DNA of 63,995 nucleotides, counting the filler, from Choristocarpus tenellus KU-1152 (lineage: Eukaryota; Protista; Phaeophyceae): the NCBI GenBank assembly GCA_964200185.2. It is 11 parts of 11 records of this genome, joined end to end, with 100 filler letters (N's around TTAATTAATTAA, not from the genome) between each part and the next. Parts side by side here need not be neighbours in the genome. Positions count along the whole stretch, not along the records: positions 52,799 to 61,300 come from CAXNAD020004643.1; positions 61,401 to 63,995 come from CAXNAD020026434.1; 9 more parts are not named here. One strand, written 5' to 3'. Shown in pieces: positions 52,820 to 63,995 of this stretch (position 1 is its first letter; each line of letters opens with the position of its first letter). The notes under the pieces were generated by a model. It was not told where the DNA came from and did no database searches. It saw nothing but the letters and a program-made list of their open reading frames with translations. Both the position numbers and the translations under genes were made by a program.

Positions 52820-55041
52820 AGTGGGTAACGAGGGAGGGCTGTGCCATGGGGGAAAGAGGAGGAGGAGCTCTGCCAGGCAGCCGCTACTGTGCTTCAGCGG
52901 CCCTGAGAGGTAAGGAACAGTGAGGGGGCTGTGCCAGGCGAAAAAGAGAAAGAAGAATATTCGCAGCCAAGCAGCCATGGTGCTGGAGCAGTGGTATAGA
53001 GACAGGCATGGGGGAGCTGTGCAAGAGGGGTATGCCTGGGTAAAGGGGGTATGTGACGATCTGTGACTGTTTCCTCAAGCTCTGCGTTGCGGCCTTTCCT
53101 CTACCTCTTGACCACGGTTTTGGAACCCCTTCAAGTAATGTGAAGACAAATGTAATAAGGTAGCAATACCTATATAATTGTAAATTCTGGACCCAATAAT
53201 GGTTCCTGATTGAGATTTTATTTTATGTAATTGAAAATACTTCAAAGAATATACCGTGAAACAACAGATGGAAACAGGCCGATAGGTTCTTCAGGCTAAA
53301 GGGGGGCGGGAAGACCCACAGGAGACAAGAAAATAGAGAGAGACAAGACAAGAATCCCTCAGAAGATCACTCAGGAAAGAGGGAACAAGTGCAAAGTGAA
53401 TGAGGCGGGTTTGAAAGGTCCCCTCAAACCACCCGATATTTACTTCAAGCAGATCTTCAAGATAGGTCACCTTAGTTGGAAGATGGCTCTCACAATACAA
53501 CCAATATTTCTTCATCAATAATAATATTTTACATACATGCTTTAAGTACTAGGTGTGTTTTTGGTAGTGATAGTAGTAGTATATGAAGGACACTTCATTT
53601 CAAGGAAGAATAAACTGGATAAATGACGTTGTTCTGGTATGAAATGAATGGTGATACATGGTACAAACAGCCATGAATGTCTTTTGTGGTTCCTGATTAT
53701 CGATTTTTTGGGCATGTTCTCATTTTTTCTATTTTCACGCGGTATCCCCAACAGGACCCAAAACGTTTGTGTATAAATTTCTTCCTGTGAATCTATCTTC
53801 CTTCCTCCTGTGCTAAACTTACTCCTAGCGAACCACAGCTCCTACCAGTGTTACAAATTTCTGAGCATTCCACAGCTTGAAACTGCATTAAGAGGTCAAC
53901 GTGAAGGGATAAGTAGGCATCGAATTTTCCATCCTGTGCAACTCAAGGGTTATCTTAGTTAACAAATACAACAAGGGTAACATATGATGACATCCGAAGA
54001 TCAGCACTCCCTCGAAAGGTAATGACCTCTGAAACATCACCCCACCCAACAAGTACAAAGGCTATCCCTAACATGTCAACAAAGAGACTCTCAAGGTACA
54101 ACGATAAAATAATGGAATGAACCACTTCGAAGTACATCGCGAGGAAGGAGAGAGTTCACGACTCATGTTCCCATGTTGAACATAATAGTACGTCTCCTTG
54201 TCACTCATATGATGAAGGAGTCGATGCTTCCATCTCTCTTGTGCACCATGAAAATTTTGTGTCAGTCCGACATACCCAGGGGGTGTACATGATGATATCC
54301 TACGACTAGTACTCTTACAAAAGAACTATACGATGAACCGACACTTGGCCATCAAGTACAATTAGCTAACCCTACGTTAAAACAAAGTTCCCAACTACAA
54401 CACTCACAAAATGTAAAAACTATGCACGACGAGGAGTATTTTCACAAATCAAATCTGAACCTTAAATCCCGACAAAGAAGTGACGCGAAAAAAACGTATA
54501 TATATTTTTCCCATCATCTTCACCCTGAAAGGTTACGTCAGTCTAACATGCACAGGACGGGCAATATACGTGATATATGATGGCATCGTAAGACCAGTAC
54601 TCTCAGAAGAAATGAAGCACAAACCAATACTCTACCCAATAATCACAAGAGGCTAATCCCTACTACGCCAACAAATATACACAGGGAGGAAGGTATCATA
54701 AATTAAAATCCTATTTTAGCAAAATATGTACTACTATGTTACTCGGCAACTATATACACTCCGCAGTCACTTGCTGCAGGTGGTTAAGATTTCCAAACTG
54801 TATTCTCCAAGAACTTGCCCGATGCATTGACCATCTCAACTTGGCTGTGGCCTTCCTGCCCCAAGCTTCTTCAGGGCCCTGACTGCTTCCACACTAATGA
54901 TGTGCTACTTAATGTCGAGGTGTAGTGTAGTGTAGGGTCTGGGAGGTGGAATCCCCCTGTTCTGTGGCACACAAACATGGTGATAAAGTATCTTCCGGCT
55001 CATGTATCGATAGAAGAGATAAATACAGGAGTGTTACCAAA

Positions 55042-55669
55042 TGTTGTAGAGCATTTATTTCCAAGCAGAGGGGCGACTATACAACCCCCAAACATCAGGC
55101 TTAATGGAATATATTCCTATCCATTTGTTCGTACACAACAACAAATAAGGATTAAGCAACTAATATTTATTGTATTCTGACTGTGCCTGTATAATAGTAG
55201 GTAGTTACATCCGTTACAGTTGAAGGAGTCTATTCGAACACCCTACCTAGCTCAAACAACTCTGAGCGGTCACTAGACATAACTACGTATTGAACTCACC
55301 GAAGAACAAAATCCAAACAAATACGAAGAATTCAAAATCCAACGAAAAACAAACCACCAAACAAATTCAGTAAACCCCAAACATGCCCCCAAAAAGATTC
55401 CTCTGCTAGAGGCTTGGTCAGCACATCTGCATGCTGCTCGTCTGAGTTAATATGAATGATCTGTATTTGCTCGTTTGCGACCAAGTCCCTCAGGAAATGG
55501 TGTCGCACATCTATGTGCTTAGTCCTACCAGAACTCACATTCAGTCTACTTTTCCTTTAACGCCACTTGTGCGCACAAATATCGATTGACCAACAAATAA
55601 TTTTGTATTCTGACTCTGCATGTATACTACTAGTAATATCCGTTACAGCCGGAGGAGTCTATTTGAACA
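55042..55669 (-). mobile_element. Ty1/copia 3' relic: RNase H end, polypurine tract and LTR
   Basis: RTKHIDVRHHFLRDLV...INSDEQHADVLTKPL at 55332-55538; purine-rich GAGCTAGGTAGGG; LTR TGTT...AACA at 55240-55042; a second partial LTR-like copy at 55669-55590. Confidence 0.88.
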
Positions 55670-57391
55670 CATGGGAGCATGATAGGGGGGGTATCAGATT
55701 TTAAACAGTGGACAACAATATGAAAAGGGACCAGTCAGCTCCCAGGTCTAATGAGTACTCGAGAGTTATGTTTCAAATCCAATTGAGGACCTTGCAGATG
55801 AAGAACGGAAGCAAGGTGGACAGAGTACGTACCGTAGGGCAGAGTAGAAACAGATGCCAACAGTATTGAATTATGGTAATAAGGGCTGGCTAGCCCCCAT
55901 CTCTACGTGTAATCGAGAATTAGGTTCTGGAAGGTATCCCACACCCATGTGTCAACAACTGCGTAGAATATATACCCGGAAGAGTAGCCATAACCTTCTG
56001 AACCGCTGTGACGATGTCTGTCACCTTGAGGTTTGTCCTGATTATCTCTAGGTGAAAGCGCATCCTTTCAAAGGTATTTTGCAGGACGAGGGGTCTGGTA
56101 GCCTCGTTCACACCAACAACATCGGTGAAGGCAATGTACAAAAGGTTGGCCATGAATGGCAAGCTGCTCGCGATACATGCGACAGTGTAGGTAGGAACTT
56201 CTTGAATCCAAAATAAGCAGGGATCCATGACTTTTTCGAAGCACTTTGAGTTGTGACATCTTGGGTTTTTCTGGGCAAGATTGAGTCTCGTCTTTTTTAC
56301 CTGTCTTGCCCCACTCCAAGGGCAGGATGTCGCTGTAATGCTTGGGTCTTGACATGGTGAAAATATTATCTCCATCTGTGGTGTTCAACAGGTCACAGTT
56401 TGATTGAATAGTATTTCGTGGTCGTTTATTTTCGCATGGTTCGTACATAAGGGTGTACTTTGGATTCAAAACCTACATTATTTTAGTGTTTGTATCAAGA
56501 AACGTTCACCGTCTGTTCCAGGGTTTCTCAAGTTCTAGCTAATAGTCTTCCCATTTAGTAGGTCTTTTTGTTGTACATTCAATGTTATTGTGACGTTAAG
56601 GTGTTTGACTTGAACCTTTTCGAGTTTTTGGAGCCCATCACTCAAGGCACTCTAACCCTTGAGTGCTAGATATATCAATACACTGATATTCATGCCATTT
56701 CTTGGATTTGTGATCTTGAGGAGGTTCCATCCACTTATTTCGCCTGCTTTGTTAGTTGAGCACCTGCATCCTTCGAGGCTTTTCATCTCTTGTCCCTGAG
56801 CTACCAGGGCCTTGTGGACTTTCACTTTCCTTTGCAAAAGCCTGACCTTCATCTGCAGTCCATATTGCTGAGGGTTAGACAGACTTCGCCGCGAGAGGAG
56901 TAATCTGTCCTCCTTATGGATATCGACGGGTTTTGAATTCCATCAGCACAACGGAGGACTTGGGGATTGTGTATCCGCCACTTGATGCGAGACAGTCTTT
57001 TCCTGCACTTCTGTGGGCTCCCTATACCAAACCAGGTGAGACAGAGGCTATGACTGACAAAGTACCCTTCTCCCATGCAACTTTACCCCCGACTTGGGTG
57101 TAGCTTCGATTTGTGTTTGTTGCACCATCTCTATAAGAGAGTGTTCAGTTTACAGGTCTTTTTATTCTTCCAATCCTTTCTGAACGACATTCCAAGCCAC
57201 TTTCTATTACACCTCCAGGCAACCCACCAGAACGCAAATTCGTGTGAAGCGTGCACGAAAAACATGTCGTTGATGGGTGAATATTTGTGTGTAGTAACTA
57301 TGTATGGTACCATCTCTATCTGACAAAAGGTTCCCTTGCCTCTATGAACCCCCAAACAGGAAGTACTCTGGCATCTTGATACGCTCTAACC

Positions 57392-60142
57392 ATGCCTAGC
57401 GATGGCAATGATCCCGTTAGATCCGAAGAACATCCGTTCATATCTAACGTGGAAGATGTTTCGGTACCTCCTCGCCACCAGCCTGCAACTGCAGACAGCA
57501 CTGATGTTGATGGGCACGAGGAGGATGCTGACAATGTTACTCGGAAAAAGGAGGAGTACAACTGGAAGCTCATTGATTTTACTCAGTCCCGCGATTCGCT
57601 GTCGACCGTGCCGCCGTCTCCTTTACAACAGTTGTTAGCAAGCTCGGAACTTGCAGTAGCCATCGAGTCAGAAGATCCAGATGCTGTCCGAGTGGCATTG
57701 GAAGTCTGCACCAGAAATGTGACAGGTTATGAACCGAGTCGCAAAAATGGACTGTTGGGAGGGGATCAAAAGGTGTTGCTGTTAGCGGCACAAACAGGAA
57801 ATGCCAGCATATTCACGATGGTGTTCAATGCACTGCAAGAGGCCGTGCATGACAAAGAGGAGGTGCAGTAACTATTTTGTTGATTGATATGGGTGGGCAT
57901 GCTGGTGGGGCCTGCTGGTACTTGTTGTGGAAGATTATTTTTTGGGCTTTGAGATACTCAATCCTTCTTCTGAGGCATTTCATGTGTTGCAAGTGGCGAG
58001 GAGCCAGCTATTTACGCTCATCTCCCATTACCATTTGCTTTGAGAATGTTGCTCACGATGTTTTGATGTGCATGTCTATGCTGTATACGCTGTTGTTGAT
58101 ATTTCTCGCCAACCTATATTATCAAGGCTCAAATAAACTAAGGGATGGTTTGATATTGTAACTGTGTGAGATGAATTACTCAATGTGTGGTCATGAAGCA
58201 GTATGGAGAAGACCTTACTGAAGCTTCAAGATTTTGATCCTGGCCCTAATTGCTAGTAATGCTACATTGCATTAATGTCTAGTCGCGTCCATGCGCATCA
58301 ATCACTCTGCGCCTCAGAGAGACAAGCAGCTGATGGCTAAGGATAAATATGGGGTGACAGTCCTTATGCATGCGGTAAGGTCTGGTAGCCACCCCCTATT
58401 CAACAAAAGCTTGCACTACCTCCGGCAAGAGCTCACCAACATTCAGGTGCGTCAATACAGTAATTGACAATGATGTCGAAGCGCAACCAGAAACTGTGTT
58501 GGTTAAAATCCTGGGCTATCCGCCTGTGCACATTGTGGACATATACATCACACCGTTGCTTATTGTTTGGGATGAAATATCCCATTGCCCTGGTCCTTCA
58601 TTGATGACTGATGGCGCCTAACCCGCATGTTGGTGAGGAAACAGCCCCGTGCATCACACTGTGCAAGGTATGGCCTGGGCGTTGAACTCACTTAAATGAA
58701 TTTCTCCTTCTCGACCCGCTTAGTCGATACACACCGTTGCTGATGTTCATATGATGCTGACTAGGTGATGGCAGAATTTTCAGCGAAGAGCTTTGATGGT
58801 GCAACTATATTATTGCATGCCGTTAGAGGTGGGAACACAGAGATATTTCAGGATGTGGTTGGGGCAATGGTGAGTGACCACAACTAGTCGACCTGCTTTT
58901 GGGCTTGAATCGCTTGTTGGTGTCCGTTCATGTGCGAATCTTGTCATCTCACTTAGGGTTAGGGTTAGCAGCATTCATCTGTTTGGAACACTTGACAAAA
59001 TGGTCCAATTCCCCATGTAGCATGCCAACTTGCTCCGGCCTCCATTTGTGGTAGGGATTAGGGATAAACCTCAGCAGGGGCGGGCAGTGGAGTAATGCTT
59101 TTTACAATTAGGAAAATAACAATTTTTTGTACTTGACAGTTGCTGAGGGCAGCATCTCGTGTGGAATGTTATTGCACCAACGGTCACTGTCTTGGTTTTT
59201 GTTGTACTGATACATTGATCCCTTGGACGTTTTGTGTAATACAATGTGGTGCATCGACCACCTGCACACACACTATGAATACTGAAACCTACCAAGTAGG
59301 AACAACTGTACTGTGTTTTTTATTGTGGGAGAATCTTGTTGTTCTTCATGTAACTGAAGTTTATTGGGGGGGTGGAGAGCCAACAACCAACCTTCCTTTT
59401 ATGAGGACTGCATCTCAGATTTCGGAAAGTGGCTACAGTGTACTCTGATTTGCCCTCCCGTGATGTCGTATTCGATGTCGGGGATATCAACTTGAAGAAC
59501 GGCGAGCGTAGACCTCGTCCGACGCTGTGCTGTGACTCAGAATGGCATCCACGCCCAAGTGTTTAGTGCTGTGACTCAGAATCCTCCTGTGAGAGCATTG
59601 GCTTGTTTGTCGCCTCACCACAGACAGGAAACATCGCAGGTGAGACAGGACCAGCTGCGTGTGGAAGAGCTCATCGACCTCGGCGTCCCCGTTCTAGACT
59701 CGAGGGAGGCCAGGAAGGCAGAGGAGGTGTACCTGAGAGACGCCTGTACCGTGGCCGGGGTCCCTGGCTCGGGAAACGGCCTGGCCTGCGTGTTTGCGCG
59801 GCTTCCGCATCCCGAAGGGTCCGTACAGTCCAGATCGTCTCCTTCTTCTTCTTCTTCTTCTTCTTTTTCTTCTCCTTTAACGGGTTTTGGCAACTATTTC
59901 GAGGTCACCATAGAGAGGTCGGGGAGGAACACTGCGTTGGGTGTTGGCTTTGCCGATCCTGAGCACGTTCCGCCGTTCGATACCATGCCCGGGTTTGCGC
60001 AGCACTCGTACGGCTACCACGGGAGGTACGGGGGCATGTTCCGGGGGAGGCCGTACATCGACAAGGTGTGGCGTCCGTGGGTGCACGGCGACGTCGTCGG
60101 GTGCGGATTCGATTCCGAGAGGTCTACTGTCTGGTGAGGGGA

Positions 60143-60190
<48 letters not shown>

Positions 60191-60210
60191 TTGTGTTCTT
60201 TTCATGTTTT

Positions 60211-60249
<39 letters not shown>

Positions 60250-60917
60250 GTTGGTCTGTACGGTGAGAGATGAAAAAAAAGGGTACTGGACCGAGTTGAA
60301 CCCTTGCGCATTTCAATTTTTTTAAAATATTATTTTTACTATTATTACTGTTCTTATTATTCTTATTATTGTTGCTGTTATTTTTGTTGTTACTACCACT
60401 ATTATTATTATTGCTATTATTATTATTATTGTTATTGTTATTGTTATTATTGTTACTGTCGTTTCCGTTGTTACTACTACTACTACTACTACTATTATTA
60501 TTAGTATAATAATAATATAATAATAATAATTATTTTGTTGTTATTGTTATTGTTGGAACCCTTTGCTGTGGACACGAACGTTGAACCCGGTGCGCTTGCT
60601 CCTTCCGTGATTTTCCTAGCCGATGGACGAGGTGAATGTCCTCTTTTATTACTTTGATTACTTTGATTATTGAGTCTTTGATTATTGAGTCCTGAACTAT
60701 GTGTACCACGCGGTGGTTTGACCTCTTTTTTTTTTTGAACCTTTGCCTGGTTGTCCTTGGACCTTCTGCCCTTTTTAGGTACACCCTGAACGGAAAGTTG
60801 CTGGGAGGCGGTTTTCAACACGTGAAGGAGGCGAGACTGGTGCCAGTCGTTGGCTTCAGGTCCAATGTCATCAGGGAAGTCAGGGTGAATTTCGGTATCT
60901 ATCCTTTCCTCTACCAG
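57392..60917 (+). CDS. Ankyrin-repeat plus SPRY (RanBPM-like) domain protein, 3'-incomplete
   Basis: Exons 57392-57862, 58318-58446 (KDKYGVTVLMHAVRSG) and 58765-58869 (DGATILLHAVRGGNTEIF) are ankyrin-like. Exons ~59627-60133 (YFEVTI, MPGFAQHSYGYHG, GDVVGCG) and 60779-60917 (YTLNGKLLG...VRVNFGIYPFLY) encode SPRY. Exon structure between 58870 and 59626 is unresolved. Confidence 0.8.
60146..60552. repeat. Intronic microsatellite block: (GA)n, (TC)n, then degenerate (TAT/TAC/TGT)n
   Basis: Read directly from the sequence. Confidence 0.92.
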
Positions 60918-62547
60918 GTGACCTGCTGTTGGTTGCAGAGAGGCAGGCGTTTTGGGAAGAGGGACAAGGACCTTACTGTGTGTGTGTTTGCTCTCAACCC
61001 AGACATAAGAGTACGTACAATCACTGCATCTCCCTCCGAGAATGTCCCCATCTCACGTCCTTGACTTGAAGTGCCGACTTTGTGTTCTGTTGACCAGCGG
61101 GTAGTGTGAATTGTCCAACAAGCCCGATGCAGTATATGTGTCGATAGGTCTTCGCCAGTTGCACCCCTTTTGTTATTGATGTGATGTGGGTAGTGTGAAC
61201 TGTATTGCCTCAATAAATTTGCATAGAATCGATACTTTGCATCGGACGGGTGCTTTGCGCACAAATCAAGGCGATTGAAGTTGCTGAGCGCCACGGGGGG
61301 NNNNNNNNNNNNNNNNNNNNNNNNNNNNNNNNNNNNNNNNNNNNTTAATTAATTAANNNNNNNNNNNNNNNNNNNNNNNNNNNNNNNNNNNNNNNNNNNN
61401 GTTTTATGTCCTTCCTTGGGCAGCTTAAGTAAAAAGTCATACTACCACATATGCTATTAAGCACTGTCCCGAACGTTTTTTTTTTTTTTTTTTTTTAACT
61501 TTTTTCCTGGAGTATTTGCGTCGTGCATGCATGTGTGTTGGAAAGTTACAATAACCGGTTGAATCAGGTGCGGGTGTGTTACGAAAGGCAGGTGATCCCG
61601 CCTCAGATCTGGAAAAAACAAAAAAAAAAGGATTCTGCAGAAGTTTCTAGGCACGTTTCGGGAACAAGTTGCCCCGGGGTATATTTCGGACTGGAAGCGA
61701 AAGCGACGTTGACCGTAGCCCGCCCACAAACAGGCAACTGCATCGCTATCCTGTAAATGTTTTTCGCGGGAGGGGAGGGATAACATTGGTTTCGGTTTTT
61801 TAGAGGGCTCTGAGGCGTTGTCCGCGTTCCTCTCCGCATAAGCTAAGCTGCCTTGTGTCTTGCCTTTCACGGCGGGGTTTCCACAACGTGTACTATGCCA
61901 CGATGTTTCAAATGTCTTGGAGCTTTAGGCGAGTGAGATCAACATGCTGTACCCACTGGCAGGCAATAGGCTTGCGGAGCAAGGGGCGACAAGGTTGTTC
62001 CCACTTGGTAGAAGAAGCTCTACCCACCCTGCCGCAACCGGAGACAACCATCCACCGGCGTCAACATCCATGAAATCGGCGTGACTATGCCCTTTTTTTT
62101 AACGCAAATACCCAAATACTTTTTTTTAACCACTACGTGAAAAAAAAGTAAGAACTAGTGAAAAAAGGTATTTGGGAATTCTCGGCCAAGGTATTGTTAG
62201 TGCTGTCCTTGCTTCAGTGGCACCTCACGGGATGTACATTGTAGTATTTTGAATTGAGGGTTAGGGTTAGGGTTATTGTTTGGGGTAAAGAATCGTAGGC
62301 AAAAAACTCGGAAATTATGAGTTTAAAACAAAAACAAGAGCATCGATTGGTACAGTACTTAAAAAGAGTGTTATGGTACTTCAGAAGAGTACTGTTGAAA
62401 GAAGGACATAGCTGGACAGTGGATGGAAGTGTTTATTGATAGCTGTGGAGTACAACCTTCACCTTTGACGGATAACATCTCGGTCAAAACAAGGGGAGGC
62501 GGAATGGGTGAGTGTGTGTGGGTGGGTGAGGGGAGGGGGGGTTGCAC

Positions 62548-63542
62548 CTGTCTATTATATCGTCAACATTAGACAAGCCAGTGGTGTTCTTGATCTGCTG
62601 GTAAGTATCCTCAAGTCTCCCTAGAGTACGCTGCTCCTCCTCCACCTGTTGTTGTCCAAAAACGTGTCAAGCACAGCCAACCAGGAACAGAGTTTGGAGT
62701 GAAAATATCTTAGAGGGTACGAGTTTTGCCCTGTTTGTCCATTTGGGGCTTGGCTTCCCATGGGCGTTTTATTACATTTCCTTCTCCAAAATGTTTCGGA
62801 GTGGGTAAAATTTGTTTGTTATTAATAGGTGTGTCCAGAACATCGATATTGACACTTCCTAACACACACAATAGTCAAAATTACATCAAAATTGCAACAT
62901 TGAACTTTGGCCCCCAAATGCGCGTGGCTGTACCCTCCAACATACTTTGGCTCTTGATCTAGTGATTCGGTTGAAGCAAAAGAGGGAACCTTACCCTAGG
63001 TGGATTATATTTCTTTGAACATTATCCTTCAACCGTTATGTGCTCTTGAACAAATGCTTTTACTACTACTCCCAAGAACTCCATGCAAAGGATGAAATCA
63101 ACTTCGGTAACTACATGGCCCGCTGCGTTTTTGATTTACTAGAAATAGTGTCATCTTCCAGAGTCACCTCGAGTTACTCACCAACCCTAACCCTGGCTAG
63201 AAATAGTGTACCAAAGAGCAACACCTCAAGTCATGAAAAATTTGTACGGATTTTCCCCACACTCACAACGAAACCTCTGCCCAACTGGGTCGTTTACACA
63301 AAAACGAACAGGTTTTAAAAAACGCCTCAAATTTATCCAAAACCAATCCCGCGTGCTTCCTGTCGTTCTCGGTATGTGGTACAGAGTTCAAGCGACTGTA
63401 GGTTGTGTTAACGGACGCGAGGGCACAAGAATATAAACCGATTGCCTTGGTGGACCTTTCTTTGAAGGACACTGCTGTAGACGTTCCGGACCACGCACAT
63501 CCTACCCAACTTCTCCTCGTCTGAGCGGATCTGACCGTGGCT
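62548..63542 (-). CDS. Two internal exons of an outer dynein arm docking complex-like (ODA-DC/CCDC151-like) coiled-coil protein
   Basis: Exons 63542-63456 (SHGQIRSDEEKLGRMCVVRNVYSSVLQRK) and 62645-62548 (VEEEQRTLGRLEDTYQQIKNTTGLSNVDDIIDR) splice in frame. LExxxxxIKxxTGxSxVxxI is the conserved docking-complex motif. Confidence 0.7.
62697..62953 (-). mobile_element. MITE family A, full length, intronic
   Basis: TIRs GAGTGAAAATATCTTAGAGGGTAC/GTACCCTCCAACATACTTTGGCTC; 3-bp direct repeat TTG. Confidence 0.92.
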
Positions 63543-63908
63543 CTGCACGACACAATGGACAGTGTGAAGAGGAGGAAGAGGAGGAGGAGGAGGAGGGGAT
63601 GGGGTTGCTTGATGGGGATGGAACTGTTGAGGGCTGCTGCTATCGAGTTAAAGGTTGGGGATGGTGGTCTGAGGTTACTGCTGCTGCCGAACTCTGTTCA
63701 CCAGCTAGTAGGGAGTGTAACACTTCAGTGTGTGTTTTGCACGATTGCGATGCCAGTCCTAGACCAAACACTCACACAATGAGAGGCATAGCACAGAAGA
63801 ATTAAAAATTGTTTGTTCGTTTGTTTGTTTTTTCTATGATATATTTTGAGGGGGTTGCATAGTACTTCAGTACATTTTTCTTTTTTAACTGAGAAAAAAA
63901 GAAGTAGG

Positions 63909-63995
63909 GAGTCAAAAGTATCTGGGGGGGGGGGGGGGGGGGGAGAAACTGGTTTGTTGGGGGTCATTTTGTTCGGCACGTTATTCGGCTGGATT
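63909..63995 (+). mobile_element. Hybrid-type MITE left end (family A terminus with family B poly-G)
   Basis: GAGTCAAAAGTATCT followed by a long G run. Confidence 0.65.

Noticed and set aside
53290-57320. Scattered minus-strand ORFs (e.g. 55920-56469)
   Set aside because: Apart from the copia RNase H, no family was recognisable; probably decayed TE sequence but unsupported.
60304-60504. Tyr/Cys-rich ORF
   Set aside because: Translation of an intronic trinucleotide microsatellite.

Overview
This is eukaryotic nuclear DNA, not a continuous locus. Eleven contigs are joined by ten artificial 100-nt linkers (N-run + TTAATTAATTAA + N-run), so adjacency across linkers has no biological meaning. 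The content suggests a photosynthetic, flagellate-stage stramenopile, most likely a brown alga or close relative (inference): intron-rich genes, a DUF1995 protein with a putative signal/transit N-terminus, an outer-dynein-arm docking-complex-like gene and interstitial TTAGGG repeats. Host genes I could reconstruct by hand: the 3' part of DPH2 (4 exons), a complete 5-exon DUF1995 gene (352 aa), an ankyrin+SPRY gene, and two exons of an ODA-DC/CCDC151-like gene. Most of the rest is decayed transposable elements: RTE and CRE-type LINEs, copia relics, a full-length plant-type mariner, Tc1/IS630-like and pogo relics, and MITEs. The two most notable signals are (1) a very abundant DNA-transposon family with a shared CAAAGTATCT terminal core and mixed 3-bp/4-bp target duplications, plus a possible degenerate large parent element, and (2) a strong mosaic CpG-decay signature suggesting CpG methylation. 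No CRISPR array, rRNA or intact tRNA gene was found.
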